Shown here one piece after another: positions 9,274 through 16,880 of a DNA stretch of 51,715 nt. Origin of the DNA: an uncultured Actinomycetes bacterium (GTDB taxonomy: Bacteria; Actinomycetota; Thermoleophilia; Gaiellales; Gaiellaceae); contig CAIWTI010000038.1 of assembly GCA_903915545.1 (NCBI GenBank), positions 1 through 51,715 of the forward strand, read 5' to 3'. The position numbers were made by a program, and so were the translations under genes. The notes under the pieces were generated by a model. It was not told the DNA's origin. It saw nothing but the letters and a program-made list of their open reading frames with translations, and did not search any database. Position 1 is the stretch's first letter. Each line of letters begins with the position of its first letter.

Positions 9274-10229
9274 ACAACTCGATCCTCGTCGTCGTGCTCG
9301 CCTCGGCCGTCACCTACGGCACGCCGCTCCTCTACTCGGCGCTCGGCGAGCTTGTGGCTGAGCGCTCCGGTGTGCTGAACCTCGGCGTCGAGGGGATGAT
9401 GCTCGTCGGTGCCGTGATGGGCTTCTGGGCCGTGCAGACGATCCCGGGGCCGGGGCCACTCGTGCTGATCCTCTCTGTGGGTGTTGCCGCGATCGCCGCG
9501 GGACTCATGGCGTTGATCCACGCGTTCCTTGTGATCACGCTCCGCGCGAACCAGATCGTGTCGGGGCTCGCGCTCACGATCTTTGCGGGTGCCGGCGGCC
9601 TCTCGTCGTACCTCGGCAACGACCTGAACCTCGCCGATGCCCCAGCGAAGCACGCGTTCGGTGCGTTCTTCCCTCACGGCATGCAGACGCTGCCGGTGCT
9701 CGGCCCGATCTTCTTCGAGCAGAACGCCCTCGTGTTTGTCGCCTGGGTCTTCGTCGCGGGCGTCGCGTTCTACCTCGCGCGCACCCGACCGGGGTTGAAC
9801 CTGAAGGCCGTCGGTGAGTCGCCTGCCGCCGCCGATGCGATGGGCATCAACGTGACCCGGTATCGCTACATCCATACGGTCGTAGGTGGTGCGTTCGCCG
9901 GTATCGGTGGCGCGACCTTCTCGCTCGCGATCACCCCGCAGTGGGTTGACGGGCTCACCCAGGGCGCAGGCTGGATCGCAATCGCCCTCGTGATCTTCGC
10001 GTTCTGGCGCCCGGCCCTGTGCCTCGTTGGGGCGTACTTCTTCGGTGCGTTCGCAGGGCTGCCGTTCACGCTCCAAGCCCGCGGTGTGACGATCGCCCCC
10101 GAGCTCTTCCAGGCACTCCCGTACGTGATGACGATCCTCGTGCTCGTCACCGTCTCGGCCGCCGGAGCCAGACGTCGCCTCGGCGCTCCCGGTGCGCTTG
10201 GCACGCCGTACGTCCGCGAAGAACGCTGA
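9270..10229 (+). CDS. ABC transporter permease (second subunit)
   Basis: The GTG at 9270 overlaps the preceding stop (GTGA) and is in frame with the over-extended track ORF 8748..10229. The sequence runs [44 protein letters not shown]. Confidence 0.85.
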   Translation: [319 protein letters not shown]

Positions 10230-10241
10230 GCTAGACCGGCT

Positions 10242-10652
10242 CTAAAGCAGGCGGAACGAGATCTCCTGCGCGCCCTGCCAGAGCGTCAGGCGGCCGAGCT
10301 CGGCCAAGTTCTCGTGTCCGTCGATGAGCGTCGCGAAGTGGTTGCCTGCGAGCAGCCCAGCTTTCGACCCGAAGGCGCAGTGGCCGTAGGGGAAGAGCAG
10401 CTCCGTCTCGCTGACGCCGCCCGGGTAGAGCAGCAGCTGGCCCGGCCCCGGGTAGACCGTGGCGTTCTCGGGGCCGTCGACGCCGAGCTTGCGGTCGCCC
10501 CACGGAATCCAGTTCGACTCGCCACTCCAGCGACAGTGGATGATCCGGTCGTCGAAGGGCAGGATCGCCTTGAAGGCCGCGACGGTACGCGGCGCGTTCT
10601 CCTCCTCGAAGCGGGCGTGGAACGTAAAACCGGCGGCGACGATCTCGAGCAT
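10242..10652 (-). CDS. DUF3830-family (cyclophilin-like fold) protein
   Basis: 136 aa from the internal ATG (M46) of track ORF 10242..10787, 10 nt after the puuD stop. The sequence MLEIVAAGFTFHARFEEENAPRTVAAFKAILPF...IHCRWSGES resembles DUF3830 as I remember it. Confidence 0.55.
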   Translation of the reverse strand: MLEIVAAGFTFHARFEEENAPRTVAAFKAILPFDDRIIHCRWSGESNWIPWGDRKLGVDGPENATVYPGPGQLLLYPGGVSETELLFPYGHCAFGSKAGLLAGNHFATLIDGHENLAELGRLTLWQGAQEISFRLL

Positions 10653-10662
10653 CGGGCAGACG

Positions 10663-11913
10663 CTAGCGGGAGGCGAGCCAGTTTGCGAGTTCTTGACGCT
10701 CGGCACTGCTGATGCCGGTCGAGTTGCCGGGCGGCATCTCCGTTTCCTGAACAGCCACGCTCTGGATCGCTGAGGCGTACCGCTCAATGTCGGAGAGCGT
10801 GTCGAGCACGATCCCCGACGGTGCCGACGCGACGAGCGTCGGGTTCATTGAGTGGCACGGTGCGCACCGCGCCTGCACCACAGAAAGCGCGATCTGCGCC
10901 GGGGTCTTTGCTGCCGCAGCCTTCTTCGTGCCAGCGGGCGTCGCCTTGGTGGCGGGCGTTGTCGCTGCCTTCACCGGAACGACCTTGAGCGGTGCCGGGC
11001 GCAGCCAGATGGCGACCGCCGCGAGTGCGACCACGACGACCACGGGGATCCACCACACGTCCTTGCCCTCGTGATGGAGGTTGAAGAAGTGGCGGGTCAG
11101 CGCGCCAAGCGACATCAACACGACGAGCACGATCCACGCGTGCTTGCTCGTGTACGTGAACGAGAAGTGGTTCGAGAGCATCGCGAAGACGACCGGCAAC
11201 GTCAGGTAGTTGTTGTGCACCGAGCGTTGCTTGCCCTTCTTGCTCCAACGCGGGTCGGGCGTGCGGCCGGCCTGCTTCGCGCGGACGAACTCCCAGTGGG
11301 CCGGGATGATCACGAAGAAGACGTTCGCCGCCATCATCGTTCCGATCATCGTGCCGACCTCAACGAAGGCAGCGCGGCCCGCGAAGATCCGGCACGCGGT
11401 ATACGACGCTGCCGCAAGGAACGCGAGCACCGAGATCGCAAGGAGCAGCTCGTTCTTCGCGAAGATCCGGCAGAGCGAGTCGTAGACGACCCAGGCGAGA
11501 ATGATCCCGCCGACCGCGAGACACACAGCCGCCGTGGTCGAAAGGTTGCAGAGCGACGGGTCGACGAGGAACGTCTTCGCGTGTGCGAAGTAGACGACGA
11601 TCAGCAGGCCGAAGCCGCTGAGCCACGTCGTATACGCCTCCCACTTGAACCAGTAAAGGGGGTTCGGCAGCTCGTGCGGGGCGACAGTGAACTTCTCGAC
11701 ACGGTAGAAGCCGCCGCCGTGGACCTCCCACACCTCGCCGCCAACCCCGCGCTCGGCGTCCTTCGGATCGGCCGGAGGCGCGAGGTGCTTGTCGAGCGCG
11801 ATGAAGTAGAACGACGAGCCGATCCAGCCGATCGCGGCCACCACGTGCAGGCCGCGGACGAGCATGTTCGCCCAGCCCCACCAGTAGTCGCTCAACGCTA
11901 GGAGTTGCGCCAT
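10663..11913 (-). CDS. puuD: Membrane urate hydroxylase PuuD-type with C-terminal cytochrome c domain
   Basis: 416 aa and polytopic. It begins WWGWANMLVRGLHVVAAIGWIGSSFYFIALD, has an Ala/Lys/Thr/Pro-rich linker, then CAPCH heme-c motif plus EMPPGN. It is flanked by the HIU hydrolase and OHCU decarboxylase genes. Confidence 0.75.
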   Translation of the reverse strand: MAQLLALSDYWWGWANMLVRGLHVVAAIGWIGSSFYFIALDKHLAPPADPKDAERGVGGEVWEVHGGGFYRVEKFTVAPHELPNPLYWFKWEAYTTWLSGFGLLIVVYFAHAKTFLVDPSLCNLSTTAAVCLAVGGIILAWVVYDSLCRIFAKNELLLAISVLAFLAAASYTACRIFAGRAAFVEVGTMIGTMMAANVFFVIIPAHWEFVRAKQAGRTPDPRWSKKGKQRSVHNNYLTLPVVFAMLSNHFSFTYTSKHAWIVLVVLMSLGALTRHFFNLHHEGKDVWWIPVVVVVALAAVAIWLRPAPLKVVPVKAATTPATKATPAGTKKAAAAKTPAQIALSVVQARCAPCHSMNPTLVASAPSGIVLDTLSDIERYASAIQSVAVQETEMPPGNSTGISSAERQELANWLASR

Positions 11914-12338
11914 CGTGCCTCCGCGATCGATACGAGCTCGTCGAGGGCGGTCGCAAGCTCCTGCTCGCGGCTGCGCTCGAGGTGCTCTTTGAGGATGGGG
12001 ACTATCGCACGTCGCGGCCGACCGTTGACGAATACAACGAACCGAAAGCCGAACCGCTCTTCGTAGGTGCGGTTGAGGGCCGCGAGCTCTGCGAGGACTG
12101 CCGGGTCATCGTCGGAGCCCTGCTCGGCCTGTGAGCGTGCGGAGAGATTCTTGCCGGCCCCAATCGGCGGGTGGGCGTCGAGCACCTCGCGCTTCTCGGC
12201 GTCGGTGAGGGTCGTCGCGATCTCGTGGGCGTGGGCGAGCGGGTTCTCGGCCTCGGCGAGCAGCTCAACGAAACGTGTGCGACCCTCGAACAGCTCGGCG
12301 AGCTCGCCGACGCTCAACTTCCGCGGTAGCTCGCGCAT
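11898..12338 (-). CDS. uraD: 2-oxo-4-hydroxy-4-carboxy-5-ureidoimidazoline (OHCU) decarboxylase
   Basis: 146 aa with DAHPPIGA, LNRTYEERFGFRFVVFVNGR and ELATALDEL, typical of the OHCU decarboxylase family. Confidence 0.8.
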   Translation of the reverse strand: MRELPRKLSVGELAELFEGRTRFVELLAEAENPLAHAHEIATTLTDAEKREVLDAHPPIGAGKNLSARSQAEQGSDDDPAVLAELAALNRTYEERFGFRFVVFVNGRPRRAIVPILKEHLERSREQELATALDELVSIAEARWRNS

Positions 12339-12598
12339 CCGTACGACGAGAAGAGCAACGGGACGTGGAAGTGGCCCTCGCCAAGCTCGACCTCAAGCTC
12401 GACGCGGCGAAAGAACGGGGACGGCGGATAGAACGCGACGCGGTAGGTGCCAGCGTTGCCCGCACCAAAGTCGCGGATGCGTCCGTCGCCGTCGGTCTTG
12501 CCCGAGGCGATGAGCTCGCCGTCACGCCACAGCTCCACGCGGACACCCGCGGCAGGCATGCCGCGCTCGGTATCGAGCACGTGGGTGGAAAGGGTCAT
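12314..12598 (-). CDS. uraH: 5-hydroxyisourate hydrolase (transthyretin-like)
   Basis: MTLSTHVLDTERGMPAAGVRVEL...HFHVPLLFSSYGCASYRGS carries the diagnostic C-terminal YRGS. ATG 12598 overlaps the upstream stop (ATGA). Confidence 0.85.
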   Translation of the reverse strand: MTLSTHVLDTERGMPAAGVRVELWRDGELIASGKTDGDGRIRDFGAGNAGTYRVAFYPPSPFFRRVELEVELGEGHFHVPLLFSSYGCASYRGS

Positions 12599-13908
12599 GC
12601 CCAAAGTCTTGAGGCCTGAATGCGGTGCTCACGGGCGATCTCCTGCTCGCTCGCACGGACGAGCTGGCCGTCGCGCACGGCATCTTCGCCGCCAACGATC
12701 AGACGATCGACACGCATTGGGCCGCCAAGGACAAGGCCGGCGACAAGATCCTCGGCGCCGCCGAGCTCAAGGCCGTCGGTGCGCCAGATCGCAAGGTCGG
12801 CGCGCTTCCCTGGCTCAAGCGAACCGAGATCGTCGCGGCCGAGCACTTCGGCGCCACCACGCGTTCCCAGGCGGAGCGCCTCGCGCACGGTCATCCACCG
12901 TCCGCCGCCGCGTCCGCGACCCATCAGCAGCGCCTGCTTGACCTCGAAGAAGAGGTCGCTGCGCTCGTTTGAGGCAGAGCCATCAACGCCCAGGCCAACC
13001 TTCACGCCCGCATCGAGCATCTCTCGGATCGGCGCGATCCCCGCACCGAGGCGTAGGTTCGAGGTCGGGCAGTGAGCCGCACCGACACCGTGATGCGCGA
13101 ACGTCTTTACCTCGTCGACGGAGAGGTGGATGCAGTGCGCACACCAGACGTCGTTGCCAAGCCAGCCGACCCGTTCGAGGTACTCAACGGGCGTACAGCC
13201 GAAGATCTCGCGGCAGTACTGCTCCTCCTCAACGGTTTCGGCGAGGTGGGTGTGCAGCTTCAGTCCGAGCGTCCGGGCGAGTGCGGCAGACTCCTCCATC
13301 AGTCGCGTCGTCACCGAGAACGGTGAACACGGTGCGACGACGACCTGCGTCCATGCGCCGTCGGCGATCCCTGCAAGACGCTTGGTGTCGGCAAGTACAT
13401 CGTCGATCGACTCGACGAGGTTGTCGGGCGGGAGGCCGCCGTCGGACTCACCGAGATCCATCGAGCCGCGCGAGGCGACGATCCGCACGCCCAGCTCGCG
13501 CGCTGCTTGCAGCTCGGCTTCGACGAGGCCCGAGACGCCTCGCGGGAACACGTAGTGGTGGTCGAACACGGTCGAACAACCCGAGAGGGCGAGTTCCGCA
13601 AGCCCGGTGCGCGCCGCCGCGTACTCCATCTCGTCGTCGATTCGCGCCCACACCGGATAGAGCGTGCGCAGCCACGTGAAGAGGTCGGCGTCGACGGCCC
13701 GGGCGCGTGTGAGCGTTTGGTACAGGTGGTGGTGTGTGTTGATCAGGCCGGGCGTGACGACCGCACCGCCAAGATCTTCGCGCGGGCCCGCCGGTGGTTC
13801 GCCCGAGCCGGTGGCGACGATCAGGCCGTCCTCGATCTGCACCCAACCACTTGGGTGTTCGGTTCCGGCGTCGTCCATCGTGACGACCCAGGCGTTTGTG
13901 AGGATCAC
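12595..13908 (-). CDS. Amidohydrolase-superfamily deaminase (8-oxoguanine/guanine deaminase-like)
   Basis: 437 aa with metal motif PGLINTHHHLYQ, HTHLAE and GLGVDGSASN. There is a GTGA overlap with the ade stop. Confidence 0.75.
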   Translation of the reverse strand: MILTNAWVVTMDDAGTEHPSGWVQIEDGLIVATGSGEPPAGPREDLGGAVVTPGLINTHHHLYQTLTRARAVDADLFTWLRTLYPVWARIDDEMEYAAARTGLAELALSGCSTVFDHHYVFPRGVSGLVEAELQAARELGVRIVASRGSMDLGESDGGLPPDNLVESIDDVLADTKRLAGIADGAWTQVVVAPCSPFSVTTRLMEESAALARTLGLKLHTHLAETVEEEQYCREIFGCTPVEYLERVGWLGNDVWCAHCIHLSVDEVKTFAHHGVGAAHCPTSNLRLGAGIAPIREMLDAGVKVGLGVDGSASNERSDLFFEVKQALLMGRGRGGGRWMTVREALRLGTRGGAEVLGRDDLGSLEPGKRADLAIWRTDGLELGGAEDLVAGLVLGGPMRVDRLIVGGEDAVRDGQLVRASEQEIAREHRIQASRLWA

Positions 13909-15635
13909 GCTTCCACCGCCAGAGGAACGATCTCGAATCGGTTGACGTCGATCAAGCCCCGGTCGGTGATCTTCAGGCTTGGGATCACCGAGAGGGCGAG
14001 GAACGCGAGCAGCTGGAACGGCGATTCGATCTCGCAGCCGAGGTCAGCGGCCGCCTTGAGCACGGCATGGCTGCGCTCGAGCACCTCGTCGAGCGGCGCG
14101 TCGGAGAGCAGGCCGGCTACGGGGAGGGGCAGCTCGGCGAGGACGTCTGCGCCGTCGACAACGACGATGCCGCCGCCGATGTTCGCGAGCCGTCGCACGG
14201 CGAACGCCATGGCTGCGTCCGACATGCCAGCAACGACGAGGTTGTGGGCGTCATGGGCAACCGTCGAGGCGATCGCGCCGCGCGAGAGACCGAAGCCCTT
14301 CACGAGGCCCAGCCCGACCCGGCCGGTGCCGAGGTGACGTTCGATCACTGCGATCTTCGCGTGGTCGCGGCCTGTGTCGGCGATCACCTCACCGCCGCGC
14401 GTGACGGGTTCTTCGATGACAAGGTCGGTCACGATCTGCCCGGGGATCAGCCCGATGATGCGTGCCTTCGTGCCGGGCTCCTCGTTCCAGGCGATGCGGA
14501 ACTGCTCGGGTCCGAGTGCGCCGATACGCACGGTGTGCTTGACCCAGTCGGGCACGGGCGGACGCGGGATCTCGCCGATCGGCACGCCTGACTTGAGGAC
14601 AACCTCGGGGACAAACTCGACGAGGTTGGGCAGCACCAAGATGTCTGCCTCGTAGCCGGGTGCGATGGCACCGATGTGGCTCAGGCCATGCCACAGACAG
14701 GGGCTGAGAGTGGCGGCAACGATCGCGTCCTCGGGCGGGATACCGGCGGCGACGGCCTCGCGCACCATGCTGTTGATGTGGCCGTCCTCGGCGATGTGCT
14801 CCGGCTCGCGGTCGTCGGTGCAGAACGCGATGCGACTGGGGCCGTACTCCGCAAGCAGCGGCAGCAAGGTGTGCAGGTTGCGCGCCGCCGAGGCTTCGCG
14901 GATCAGGAGCCATAGGCCCTTGCGTAACCGCTCGCGCCCTTCTTCGAGATCGGACGCCTCGTGGTCGGAGCGGATGCCCGCGGCGGCATAGGCGTTCAGC
15001 GCGTTGCCGCGCACACCCGGCGCGTGGCCGTCGACGTGTGTCGAGAGCGAGAGCTTCTCGAGCTCAGCCGGGTCACCGGAGATAACGCCCGGGAAGTTCA
15101 TCATCTCGGCGAGGCCGATCACCCGGCGGCGGCGCAGCAGCGCGTCGAGATCACCCGGGCTTAGCCGGCGGCGTGGGCTTTCGAAGTTCGAGGCCGGCAC
15201 ACACGATGAGGCCATGAACCACACATCGAGCGGGATGTCGCTGCACAGGTCAAGCAGCCAGTGAACGCCGTCGGTGCCGAGGACGTTCGCGATCTCGTGC
15301 GGGTCGGCAACGACTGCGGTGGTGCCGAACGGCAGCACCAGCCGCGCGAACTCGTCGACGAGCAGCTTCGATGATTCGAGGTGGAGATGCGCGTCGACGA
15401 AGCCGGGGACGAGGTACCGCCCGGTCGCGTCGAGTGTCGTCATTCCCGCGTAGTCGCCGAGGCCAGCAATGACGCCATCGACGATCGCGACATCGGTCTT
15501 GAGCCACTCGCGCGTGAACACCGAAAGCACCTGTCCGCCCTTGATCACGAGGTCGGCGGGTTCGTCACCGCGGGCGACTGCGAGACGTCGAGAAAGGTCT
15601 GCTGCCATAGAACGAGAACCGTACAGTTCCGCCAT
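13905..15635 (-). CDS. ade: Adenine deaminase
   Basis: ADLVIKGGQVLSV...LVPGFVDAHLHLESS plus TDDREPEHIAEDGHIN, and the length is typical. The start is uncertain: ATG 15635 overlaps the xdh ATG, and an alternative ATG lies at 15608. Confidence 0.85.
   Translation of the reverse strand: MAELYGSRSMAADLSRRLAVARGDEPADLVIKGGQVLSVFTREWLKTDVAIVDGVIAGLGDYAGMTTLDATGRYLVPGFVDAHLHLESSKLLVDEFARLVLPFGTTAVVADPHEIANVLGTDGVHWLLDLCSDIPLDVWFMASSCVPASNFESPRRRLSPGDLDALLRRRRVIGLAEMMNFPGVISGDPAELEKLSLSTHVDGHAPGVRGNALNAYAAAGIRSDHEASDLEEGRERLRKGLWLLIREASAARNLHTLLPLLAEYGPSRIAFCTDDREPEHIAEDGHINSMVREAVAAGIPPEDAIVAATLSPCLWHGLSHIGAIAPGYEADILVLPNLVEFVPEVVLKSGVPIGEIPRPPVPDWVKHTVRIGALGPEQFRIAWNEEPGTKARIIGLIPGQIVTDLVIEEPVTRGGEVIADTGRDHAKIAVIERHLGTGRVGLGLVKGFGLSRGAIASTVAHDAHNLVVAGMSDAAMAFAVRRLANIGGGIVVVDGADVLAELPLPVAGLLSDAPLDEVLERSHAVLKAAADLGCEIESPFQLLAFLALSVIPSLKITDRGLIDVNRFEIVPLAVEA
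15622..15627 (+). promoter_or_regulatory. -10-like box TACAGT placed for a leaderless xdh operon transcript
   Basis: TACAGT is followed by the 6-nt spacer tccgcc and ATG 15634. No SD is possible because the upstream DNA is ade coding sequence. Confidence 0.4.
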
Positions 15636-16416
15636 GGATGTGTTGACTCCGCGCTCGCTTTCGGAGGCGCTCGCCCTGCGCGAGGCGCACCCGGAGGCTC
15701 TTCCGATTCAGGGAGGCACCGACGTCATGGTCGGGCTGAACTTTGACCGTGCCCATCCGGCCGCACTCCTCAACCTGAACGAGGTCGTCGAGCTGCGCGA
15801 ATGGGCGCCGAGTGGCGATGGCTATCGGATCGGCGCAGGGGTGACCTACGCCGAGATGATGAGCGGCCCGCTCGCGGCGGAGTTCCCGGCACTCGCCGAA
15901 GCATCACGCACCGTCGGCTCACCCCAGATCCGTAACCGCGGGACGATCGGCGGCAACCTCGCGACCGCCTCGCCCGCAGGCGACTCGATTCCGCCGCTCG
16001 TCGTTGCTGGGGCCGAGGTCGAGTGCACCTCGGTGCGCGGCGCCCGTCGCATCCCCGTCGCCGATTTCGTCACGGGGGTGAAGCGCAACGCGCTTGCCGC
16101 CGATGAGCTGATTACCGCGATCCACCTGCGTCCGTCGGGTGTCGCCGAGACCTTCCTGAAAGTTGGGCCACGCAACGCCATGGTGATCGCTGTGTGCTCG
16201 CTGGCCGTCTCGGCCGGCGATGAGCTGCGCGCCGCGTTTGGGTCGGCCTCGCCGCGCCCGGTGCTTGTCACGGCTCCTCGTGGCGAAGCCGCGACGTTTC
16301 CGGCGCAGGTCGCGGCGGCTGCCTCGCCGATCGACGATGTTCGCGGAACGGCCACCTATCGCCGCCACGCGATCGAGGTGCTCACACGACGGGCGCTTGA
16401 GAGGTGCCTCGCGTGA
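15634..16416 (+). CDS. Xanthine dehydrogenase family, FAD-binding subunit
   Basis: 260 aa from the internal ATG (M56) of track ORF 15469..16416. Motifs are QGGTDVMV, IRNRGTIGGNLATASPAGD and DDVRGTATYRR. Confidence 0.85.
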   Translation: MDVLTPRSLSEALALREAHPEALPIQGGTDVMVGLNFDRAHPAALLNLNEVVELREWAPSGDGYRIGAGVTYAEMMSGPLAAEFPALAEASRTVGSPQIRNRGTIGGNLATASPAGDSIPPLVVAGAEVECTSVRGARRIPVADFVTGVKRNALAADELITAIHLRPSGVAETFLKVGPRNAMVIAVCSLAVSAGDELRAAFGSASPRPVLVTAPRGEAATFPAQVAAAASPIDDVRGTATYRRHAIEVLTRRALERCLA

Positions 16417-16880
16417 GGATCAACGTGCGCGTCAACGGTGTGCCGAGCGAGGCCGACTGCTGGGAGGGCGAGTCGTTGCTCTTCGCCCTGCGCGAGAAGC
16501 TCGGCTTCCCGGGCTCGAAGAACGCGTGCGAGCAGGGCGAGTGCGGGTCGTGCTCGGTGCTCCTCGACGGTGTTCTCGTGTGCGCGTGTCTCGTGCTGGC
16601 CGCGCAAGCCGACGGCCACGATGTGACGACGATCGAAGGGCTCGGCACCGAGGAGGAGCTGCACCCGGTGCAGGCGGCGTTTGTCGAGACCGGCGCGGTG
16701 CAGTGCGGGTTCTGCACACCGGGCCTTGTCGTTGCCGCGGCCGACCTGCTCGAGCGTGTTTCCGACCCGAGCGACGACGAGATCCGCGAGGCGCTCTCGG
16801 GGAACCTCTGTCGGTGCACCGGGTACGTGAAGATCTTCGAAGCCGTCCGTCTCGCTGCCTCGCGGGGTGCTGGCGCGTGA
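16413..16880 (+). CDS. Xanthine dehydrogenase family, (2Fe-2S)-binding small subunit
   Basis: CEQGECGSCSV and CGFCTPG...CRCTGY cluster motifs. GTG 16413 overlaps the preceding stop (GTGA), with GAGAGG 9 nt upstream. Confidence 0.9.
   Translation: MRINVRVNGVPSEADCWEGESLLFALREKLGFPGSKNACEQGECGSCSVLLDGVLVCACLVLAAQADGHDVTTIEGLGTEEELHPVQAAFVETGAVQCGFCTPGLVVAAADLLERVSDPSDDEIREALSGNLCRCTGYVKIFEAVRLAASRGAGA

Noticed and set aside
16220-16876. Long N-terminal extensions of track ORFs. Examples are 16220..19102, 8748..10229, 24194..26218, 37674..38858, 21184..22263, 40706..41641, 2637..3551, 27307..28338, 19114..20217 and 15469..16416.
   Set aside because: The extensions overlap the preceding recognisable gene in another frame and are Arg/Pro-rich nonsense. 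Family homology begins at an internal start that coincides with a stop/start overlap, an SD or a -10 box.
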